Of a stretch of DNA of 64,000 nt, positions 54,841 to 64,000 are shown in pieces (position 1 is the stretch's first letter; each line of letters begins with the position of its first letter). The notes under the pieces are model-generated. The model was not told the DNA's origin, made no database searches, and saw only the letters and a program-made list of their open reading frames with translations. The translations under genes and the position numbers were made by a program. This stretch comes from the human T2T-CHM13v2.0 reference genome, Homo sapiens, in assembly GCF_009914755.1 (NCBI RefSeq), contig NC_060929.1; one strand, given 5' to 3'.

Positions 54841-56756
54841 GGAATATGCAGAGGCCAAGAGTTCCTTTACTTCTTAGAAGCACTTCCTCATTTTCTCTTA
54901 CTTTCTTCCCACTACAAATAAGTCAAAGCATGCATTATTCATTATCTTAAGAGAAAACACCCAAAGAAAAATATCCTAAGACTAGGGCAGAATAGATTTT
55001 CATGAATTCTTTGCCATTTCATCTGCTGTCTGTCAACCATAACCCTTTCTCCATATTGTGTGTGTATGTGTATGTGTATGTGTATGGGTTTTTTCCCAAA
55101 ATAAAAGCCTGCATTATTATAGTCTTAGCTCTGGGTAGATGGGAGCATATCTCTGAATGAGATGTATTCTAATGATACCCAACAAGAAATAAAAATAATG
55201 ATCTTTCCCAAGGAGAGTTGTTTATTTCTAGGCCCTTACTTAGTATGAGTGGGAGGAAATTGAAAGTGATCCATAATTTAATGGTGTATATGGCCCCAAA
55301 GGTGATTCCATTAACTGCACATAAAATATAACCAAAATGAATATGGAATGATTAGTGAATTCAGCTATATTTAACCAATCAAATCCTGCGCCATTGAACT
55401 GCTAAATTTGTCCAATTTGACTCAATCAGGACTATGAAGCTCTCAGATAATTGAAGATCCTGAACCCTGACATTAACTAAAAACTTGAAGCCAAACTGAT
55501 GTGTAAGAATAAATGCAAAAAAAAAAAAAAAAGAAAAAGAAAAAGAAAGCAAGAAAGAGTGAATTCAAAAGGGTTTCAATGATCCAATTGACCCTATTCA
55601 TTTAACAGAGTAACTGGATACATACCAAATTCCCACGTTATAAGAAAGATAAAAATAGAGATCATGCTTGTCATGATCATGAGTGAATATTTGAGTAAAT
55701 ATTGCCAAAGGAAAGTGAAGGATGTTTAATGAAACTGATGAACATGAGCAACTAATTATGTTAAATTGGCCAAGATTAAAACAAAAATGGTTAAATTTGA
55801 TTCAGTTTGTTGCCCTCTCTCCTCTACTTCCTAAGTGGGATCCCTTTTCTGTCCCGGCTTCCTAATGTTCAAAAAATGTTTCTCTTGCTTGTGAACAAAT
55901 TTTGTTGCCAATTAGGTAAAAAATGTTAAGTTCCCAGACTGTCATCCTTGCATTATTTAGGAAATTTACTTTTAAAAGGATAAAGAAAAATGTGCCTGGC
56001 CTAGCAACTATCAAGGGCTTGTCCTGGAGGAGGGTGGGGGTAATCTTCCTGTTAATCAGCTTTGTAAAACACTTATATGCCAACCAGAGGGTTTATTAAG
56101 TCTCTTGTCTCCAGCAACCTCCTCCATCTTATCAGTTTATTTTTAGAATTGACCTTTAGATAATTTACCTGCATTTGCACAGTGAAAAATCAACATAACT
56201 TTATATTCTCTTCCTGCTGATGTGGTCTCCATCCATCACAAATGGAAGCAGAACTGATGCTTAGTAAAGTAATGAGAGTTGCTTTCAAATTACATTAGTG
56301 TGCATGTGTGCGTGTGCACATGGCCATGTGCAATTTTTAGGTTTATGTCAGCTCAGTGGATAATGTGCGTGGGAGTGCTATCCGAGTGCATGGAAAAAGC
56401 CTTTGGTTACATAGTTTAACAGCTTTTTAGTTCAGCACAATAGTTTGTCTCTACTGTGGATGTCAGTCCTTGAGAATGTTAAGTAAAGCTTGTCTCCTCA
56501 TGTGAAATTCAAACAATACTAATTTCTGGGGAAAAATCAAACTCATATCCATGTATATAGTGAAGAGTAGCATCTTATTCAAAAAAAGAATGTATTTTTG
56601 AAAGCTAAGATAGACATAGAATACATATTAATCATCAGTAGTCTTTTTTAATTGCAGCCAGTGATCAGTGGTTTATCTATACCCTTTAGGTGAGAGACAG
56701 AGAGAAACAATTTCAGGAAACTCTCCTTGATTCATGTGGGTTATGTGCATTTAAGG

Positions 56757-56968
56757 CCGTGGCTCTCAACCAGGAGTGGTTTTGCATACCAGAGATCTTT
56801 TGGCAATGCCTGGAGATATTTTTTGTTTCATGATTTGAGGGGTGCTACTGACAATTAATGGGTATAGGCCAGAGATGCTGCTAAAGATCCTACAGTGTAC
56901 TGGAAAGCCCTCCATAACAAAAAGTTATCCAGCCCACAATGTCAATAGTGCTTAGCTTGAGAAACTCT
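56757..56968. mobile_element. MER20 in the 3'UTR
   Basis: tggctctcaacc..ttggcaatgcctggagatatttt..ggtgctactg..ggccagagatgctgctaaa..atgtcaatagtgc..ttgagaaac. Confidence 0.8.
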
Positions 56969-57089
56969 AAATTAAGCATGAGTTTAAATTTGTCAAGGCA
57001 TTTTTTTTTCTGTACCATATACGGGAAGTCTTCCAGGTCAATAAATAGGATAAAATAGAAAAATAAAAATCGGAACCAGTTTAAATGTG

Positions 57090-58260
57090 TATAGAAATTA
57101 TATGTATGGAAATTATTTGAAGTTAGACATAATTATCTCTTTATGCAGATGTGAAAGCTGAGATTTACAGAAATAGGAAACTTTTTCCAGGGATCTGGTA
57201 GTGATGAGGAAGGCCTGTAGTTTAGGTGTCTTGTCTTCTTCTACTTCAGTCTTTCTGCCTCAGAAAAATTATACTTCAGTGATGTTGTCAATCTTTCAAC
57301 AGCTAAATGTGTTTGTTGTGAAGCACTCTGGGATCCTTTTCAGTTTACATGATCCTGTTAAAGATGTTTCCCAAGCTGATCAACAGTAGACCACAAAGTG
57401 CTCTCAGAAATGAAACTAGTAAGGGGGAGAAAGTGTTTTGAGCAGGCCAATGATTTCATTGTCTGTAACTGCTTATCATACCCTTTGTTACTTTGAGTTG
57501 AATATTCCCTCTCTGAGGATGGTAAAATCTTATTGGAAAATATGTTTCCTAGACTCACCCAGGGGTGGCTCCCAAATCCTTGTTTCCAAACATGTGACAA
57601 GTCTAAGCACAAGTCCTTGCTACTGAGTCTTATTGTTTAGTTTATATACACTGACTTTATTAGAACACAATTTGTGTCTGAAATGATTTGACATTTTTCT
57701 TTTAATGTATCATACCAATATCCCAGGGATGGAATTATGGTAGGGTCATTCTAATTCCATTTTATACAAGGGAAACTAAGGACCCAGAAAGTTTAAATCG
57801 GTCATTTATTTGTTTGTTTATGCATATATCCAGCAAATATTTGTTGGGTACATACTATATATAGGTCACTGTCGTGAGCATTATAATGTCTAAGCAATCA
57901 AATTTGGAGTAAAGAACTTGAATTAAGTTCATTCAAATCCTAGACTAACATTATTTCTATATGTAGTTCTGATCAGTATTCTAGAATTATGGTTTAAATA
58001 TCCAGTTATAAATAATATATATTACAGATTTATTATTATGTACCTGAAACTCTACTGAGTACTTTTCATGCCTTATCTCATTTAATCCTATCATAATCCA
58101 ATGAAGTAAGCCCTACCACTATCCTCTCTTTACAGATGAGGTCAGTGAGGCTCAGAAAGATAAAGTAGCACATAAAGGCTCATAGCTAAAAAGTGGCAGA
58201 GCCAGATTTTCCTCTGAGTTTATTAGACTCTAAAGGCTGCTGGCTTAACCATCTCTTTGT
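57090..58260 (-). mobile_element. Cluster of MIR fragments (~57090-57260, ~57690-57960 with an L2 tail, ~58030-58260)
   Basis: cagatgtgaaagctgag; ccattttatacaagggaaactaaggacccagaaag; ttatctcatttaatcc..tttacagatgagg..tgaggctcaga. Confidence 0.6.
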
Positions 58261-58819
58261 ACAATCTGTTCTCTCTGTTCTCTGAACTTTGCCTGTTTCT
58301 CCTCTCTCCTATGCTAAACAAGGTGAGATCCCAGCCTGACATCCTTCCTAAAAGTCATCAGTTTTTTTTGTTTGTTTGTGACTTGTATCTGCCTAGGAGG
58401 TAAAGAAAGGGCAGATTTGCTACAGCTTGTACTTTATGCCACAAAAATTTTCAAGGGGGCAATAATGTTGTAGAACAAGTATCTGGTGCGTACTGATACC
58501 CTAAGAAACTCACCGTGATAAGCTAGCTTCCACGTCTGGAGAAAATGACACCTGCAATTGCTTGCTGTGCTGCACACAGGTCACTAGGGCAAGCTTCAGG
58601 AGAAGTAAAATAGGTGTATGAGCGTGTTTATATGTGTTTATGCATGAGTGTATCTAGGTATCTGCTATTTTCATCTTTTGGCTTGTTAAACAGTCTCAGG
58701 TTTTTATTCAAGACAGGTCAAAAGCCCAAATGTGATTAACTGCCCTCAGCATCTCATTGTTACTGTTATAAGTTGGGAAAAAGAGAGGCAGCTTTAGAAA
58801 AGAAACTTCACCGAAATAC

Positions 58820-58975
58820 GTGCATGCATGTGTGAGTGTGTGTGTGTGAGGAGTGTGTGTATTTATGTGTGTTTTGTGTTTATGTATAAAATTATGTATA
58901 TATATGTACATATGTGTGTACATCTATCTTAATGTGTATATATAAATATATATCTATAGCTGTACATATGTATAC
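58820..58975. repeat. TG/TA low-complexity tract
   Basis: Visible directly. Confidence 0.8.
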
Positions 58976-61812
58976 ACCCATAAACAAAGCTCATAGTTTA
59001 AAACTTTGGAATTTTCAGTTTGGAGAACTTATTATTATTACAATTTATATTTGGTTTCCTAGACGGTCTAATATAGTTCTAATTTCCAAAATTCTCTTCC
59101 ACTAAAAGTGGATATATTTATTTATGGTGCCGAGAACATTAACAAAATATTTAGATTTAATATCTATGAATAATAAACCAAAAAAAGTGCATTTAAGGAA
59201 ACACCAAACTTGTAAAAACTGGCTCTCTTATCCAAACCATTTGTTGGAATTTCAAACTACATGTTTTCACACTTCTTCATTCCAAAAAAAAAAAAAAAAC
59301 CAAACCAGAAAAAACCCAAAACACTACCAAATGAACAGTGATAATGTTTAAGAAGAAAAAGAAAAATGTAGGTGTATGATAGCACAAATTCAATGGTTAT
59401 TGCCCTAGTGGTGCTTCACTTACCTATTGGTTAATTTATTATATCCTGGTTAATTTCACTTTATCACTGATGAGGGTTCCTGTGTCCCTACATGATTTAT
59501 CGGTGGAGCTAATTATCTATTTATTTAAAGCTATAGTAAATAATTTATAATATGCATATTGTAAATAGATACTAAAAGTCATGGGCACATTGTAATAATC
59601 ACAAAGTTTTAGTCTCCTGCAAATAACACTTGAAGTCTGTTTATACAATACCCAAATAGTTGCTCAAAGAAAGAACAATGTAAGTCAAATACAAGAAAAC
59701 CTTACTTACCTATTTTGGCATTTTACAGACATAACAACCAAATTAACGAATTTTGGCCATCTTAAGAATACAGTAAGTTGTGTACTCATTCATAGCCACA
59801 TGCTTTGCATATTACTGGGGAATGTGAAAAATATTTAAAGTCAACCTATGCAAACAGAGATTCCCTGCTGCTCCTTGGGATCAGTTTGTATGCACACAAG
59901 CCCATGCCTTCAACTGATAGTCCTAGCACAGATCCCTCCTCCCAGAGATCTGTCAGGTGTGCCCACACAACAGAAGCACTTGTAAACTAATTAAGCACGG
60001 TCACTGAATCCTTTTTTCACCAGCCTTCTAAAGATGTTGTCTTAAAAACATAAGAAAGAAAATCCATTTTTTTAAAGCAATGAAATGTTCTAATTAGGTT
60101 TGAGGACATTTGAAGGAGCGATTGTTTTTTCCCCAAAATTTTGGAGCAGAGGGGACGTTTTACATCATCCTAACTTCATGTTCCTCTGTCATTTTATTTT
60201 ATTTATTTATTTTTAATTCCAAAGGAGAAAGTTGAATCAGGAAAATTTGTCTTAAAATATACTGCTTAGTTTAGAGATGGACAAACTAATGTATTTTTGT
60301 AAATCATGGGTGGCGGATGTCAAAATCTCTCATTAATTACCCTGTTTTTTTCTTTAAGGAAATTGATTCATGAATAATTGGAAAGGTATTCTAGTTAAGA
60401 CACACAGAAACACAAACTTAGCGGAGCTGCACTTCAGAGAGTCCCACTGTAATCTGTTAATAGAATCTGCTTTAAATGAGTCACTCCTTAGACTGGCAAT
60501 GACACCCAGCTTAGTCTGTAAAATCAGGAATCTTTGTGTTGGCTGAAGGAACTTAGTAATCTTAGTTGAATTCCTCTTCCCCATGTCTTTCAAAACCAGA
60601 GCACTGGGTCGAACCTAACCCACAAAATAATTCGTCCAAATTAAATTGACTTTTTTACATAACATCAGCACCACCCCTTACACTTTTAAAGTCAAAGACC
60701 CTGTTGATCAGGTTACCTGGAAATTTCAAGTGCATCTGACCAGGGATTATCAAGCTCCTTGTGACATCTGTTTCTGATGCTGTGAATGTGATGTCACCAC
60801 AAATAGAGGATTCTGAATTTTGCTGGTACTAATGCTGAGTGGTGACTTATTGGGGCGTTGCTCATGTTACTTTTTCCTGACGTCATTCAAGCACTTGATG
60901 ACTTGGGTCAGTTTGTTGCACATTGATGAATAACAAGTGACACCCAATGAAATTACCTCTTCTCCTTTCCAATGCAGTTCGCTTGTACATAAATGTAACG
61001 TCAAATTGTTTACAGGTTATTTTTGTGCGTAATTGTGATAGCAGATTTAGCTCAAACTTTAAAGGAATTTGTTTACTGACTGGTGTTAAAATGAATGTGC
61101 TTATTACAGTATAAACATCATTAATTATGGACTCACATGAATGCATGTCTACATGTCGTCAGTTCTCAGCAGCTCAGTTATTCAGCAAAAAGTCTGCAGT
61201 CTGTGAATAGCAAATATACATAAACTACTGTGACTCTAATAACTCTAACTGTTTTTACCTTGGGATGTAACACTGTAGATCTTCGCCTGCTGTATTTCTT
61301 TCTTACCTATTTGTTTTTGCGAGAAAAACATGATAGAAAATGCTACTACTAATTGTCCCAATGGAATTGCACATCATTTTGGCAATCATTGGTTCACTCA
61401 GAAGGCAACCGCCTATAGATGGAACAGCCCTGAGCAACATATAAATATATACATACATATCTATGTATGCAATATCTACACTGCGAATTACTACCATCTA
61501 TTCTCACTGCCAATGGAAACAAACTACTCTTTTCTTTGGATTCATTGATGGATATAAAAAATTAATTTGCTATTAACTGCTTTCATATTCTGTTTAGTTC
61601 TTATAGTATGGTAAATGATACAGGTGCAGTATCAGTATTGTAAAATTGTATGGTGAAAACTACAAAAGTCATTCTGTGGATATATTTTAAAAGGAAGAAC
61701 AGAAACTATATTTCAGATTCTTGTGTGAATATAATTACAGAATAGGTAACTATTTTTATGTGTTTCCATAAATGACTCCATTTCATATGCATTGTAATTT
61801 AGCACAAATCAT

Positions 61813-61818
61813 AATAAA
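61813..61818 (+). terminator. Candidate distal poly(A) signal AATAAA
   Basis: Upstream TGTA at 61793, then aataaa, then aacatttagttgttatatatatctgtttc (GU/U-rich). Confidence 0.7.
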
Positions 61819-62044
61819 TCATTTGGTAACATTTAGTTGTTATATATATCTGTTTCCAGTATACCTAAGAGACTGATGAGTCAACATTATTTTATGCTAA
61901 CTCAAGAAATTTAGATGAAATATAATTACCATTGCAATTAGTTTATTTCTGGTTTGTTGTGGCAGCTTGCTGAGTTTGGGTACAGAAAAGGAGAAGACTT
62001 AATGAATTGGTTATTTATTATACTTAGAATTAAACTGTAATAGG

Positions 62045-62265
62045 CGGAGGCGTTGCCTCTGTCTCTTGCTAATTGGATGGCTTTGTACTATTTTTCAAAC
62101 CTCTTGAAACACCAGTTTCCTTATCTGTAAATAGGAAATAGAAATAATGGATATATCACAAGGTTCTTGTGAGAGTTAAATTAGATAATCTATATAAAGC
62201 ACTTATCACAGTATCTTGTACATTAAATAGCTGCTTAATAACCCTTATCCATTCTTATTACTATT
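62045..62265 (+). mobile_element. MIR
   Basis: cagtttccttatctgtaaatagg..ggttcttgtgagagttaaattagataat..aaagcactta. Confidence 0.75.
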
Positions 62266-63349
62266 ATTCCAAAATGCAAATTTTAAAAAGGAATTCAGCT
62301 TCAACACTGAATATCTGAATCCTTTTTTTTATACTTTACCGTTTTATGACATTGCTAATAGTGTTAAGAATTATGTTTTTTAATCAGAAGGGAAAATTCT
62401 ACAAAAAATAATTTTACAGCTTGGGGGAGCTTTAGAAATAATTCAGCCTTTTGCTGTTGTGAAGTGTTTTTGGTGGCATACTTGCCCCATGATATGCACT
62501 GAAAAAATGGAAGGAATTGGGCAACGTACAGTTTGAGAGATGTAATCTCTTTTACACTTTCCACCTTGCACTTTTAAAATGCTCTTTATTATATTTAAAG
62601 TCCTGGGAGTTTTGCAGTGAAAACAAAACAAAACAAAACAAAAACTTTCAAACTTTAACCCAGAATCTCCCAGACTGGTCTCACCAAACTTTCTTCCGGT
62701 TTTGAGAAACACACTTTGGGAAATGTTTATTTAACCCATTCCCTTCCTTGTATTTCTTGTACAGAAAGGGAAAGTTAAGACCCAGAGAGGAAGAGATGGT
62801 TCTGGGTCTAGAACTGCATCTGTGGAATCAGGCTAGGACACTTCTCATATGCTATCTCATGTAAGTGAGATAACAGTTACAGCTTTGTCTTGAGAAACTA
62901 TTCTAAAGTCACAATATCCATACTGCATGGACCCAAAGTAAAAAGTCCCACAAGGTACAGAAGGCCAAGCAGGAGAAGGTGAGGATCTAGTCTACAGTAA
63001 TCCTCCTTAAAACTCTGTTACCACTGAAGTCACTTAGGAATGAGATAGTCTATTTTGCCTCAATAAGCTGATCCTTAGCAATAGTGGCTACAAGGATGCT
63101 GTACCGTGCTGAATTTCAGTCCACAAGAGGGATGGAAGCTTAGACAGACTGAAGTGATGGAGGGGTTTGGAGAAAAAGTTTTCCCATGAATTCTTTTGTG
63201 GAAAGCTGTGGGCTTTCCTCTGAAAACTTGAGAGAGAGAAAGCAACTGTGATGGAGATTTGTGAAGTTAATGACCTCCAAAGCCTTAGAAATTGCTTAAA
63301 TAGAGCCAAAACTTCATTAAATTTAGGCACAGGGAAAGTCTATGCCTCC

Positions 63350-64000
63350 ACTGTTCCAGAATGACATAGACAAGTAAAGAACCAACATTAAGAGAAAAAG
63401 TTGGCTGCAGACTTACAGAATGAACAGCAGGAAGGAATTTATTTGTCACCATTGTTCTGCCCAGAACAGCAGCTAGTTTCCCCCAAAAATCAAGGGTCCT
63501 GAGAACACTCCCTAAAGATTCTGCGATGTGGGTGGTGAGGACACAAGGGGGCTCTCTCTACTTGCTGGGGAGCATGGGTGGAAAAAGGGTGTATGGGGAG
63601 CCCAGGAAAGCACTGGTAGTAGATCAGGAGAAAGACTCCTCTTGAGATCTCTGGAGAGATTTGGGGAGATTTGTACACAGCCACTGATCAAAAACTCACC
63701 CTTCTGATAAATTGAATTGAACAGGACTTGATCAGAAGGATCATAATTTTTGCAACGAGGACAGTGAAAAAGGAAAAAATACGAACTGCTTAGACAATAC
63801 TTCTTCCCTCCAATTTCAACCCAAAGGCAGCATTCCTTCCCATGACTAAAAAAATATTCAGAGCCCACATCAATCTTGTCCCAAATGGCAGCTGCCACTG
63901 AAACAGGTCATGATAAGTCTTCATTTCAATAAGGGGATGATAAAAACCCTTAGCCAGGCAGAGCAGCTTCAGCCTTCAGTAAGCCAGCCTCATGTTGCAG
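63350..64000. mobile_element. Possible old LTR remnant
   Basis: Change in composition and aaggaatttattt (reverse poly(A)-signal region); family not recognised. Confidence 0.25.

Larger units (their letters stand above)
50266..61837 (+). other. KCTD16: KCTD16 long 3'UTR (longest form ~11.5 kb, shorter forms by alternative polyadenylation)
   Basis: AU-rich, Alu/L1-free sequence after the stop codon with several poly(A) signals. The distal AATAAA at 61813 is followed by GU/U-rich sequence, and interspersed repeats resume after ~62040. The 3' end is approximate. Confidence 0.75.

Noticed and set aside
55517-55560. A-rich run in the UTR as a transcript end or retro-insertion tail (also 59284-59299)
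   Set aside because: Genomic A tract with no associated element; more likely an internal-priming site.

Overview
Primate, most likely human, genomic DNA; not prokaryotic, so there are no CRISPR arrays, operons, rRNA or tRNA genes. The only real coding sequence is the + strand last coding exon of KCTD16 (49811-50265), the GABA-B receptor auxiliary subunit, encoding the linker and C-terminal H2 region and ending ...LLRKYHL*. It is followed by an ~11.5 kb 3'UTR with tandem poly(A) signals at ~51851, ~53507 and ~61813. Bases 1-49810 are the 3' part of KCTD16's long last intron. That intron holds a near full-length, sense-oriented CKS1B processed pseudogene (15333-16153), a complete LTR-internal-LTR MST (MaLR) element, nested L1s, Alus, MIR, L2, MER DNA transposons and microsatellites. 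Gene and repeat names come from recognising sequence, not from a database search; repeat subfamilies and edges are approximate. No new multi-gene system can be supported. The best leads are post-transcriptional: two candidate cryptic exons that would truncate KCTD16 just after H1 (a KCTD12-like architecture), a terminal acceptor that doubles as a donor consensus, an RNA G-quadruplex abutting the stop codon, miR-218 and RBFOX motif clusters in the UTR, and an 82-bp perfect AT-rich palindrome.
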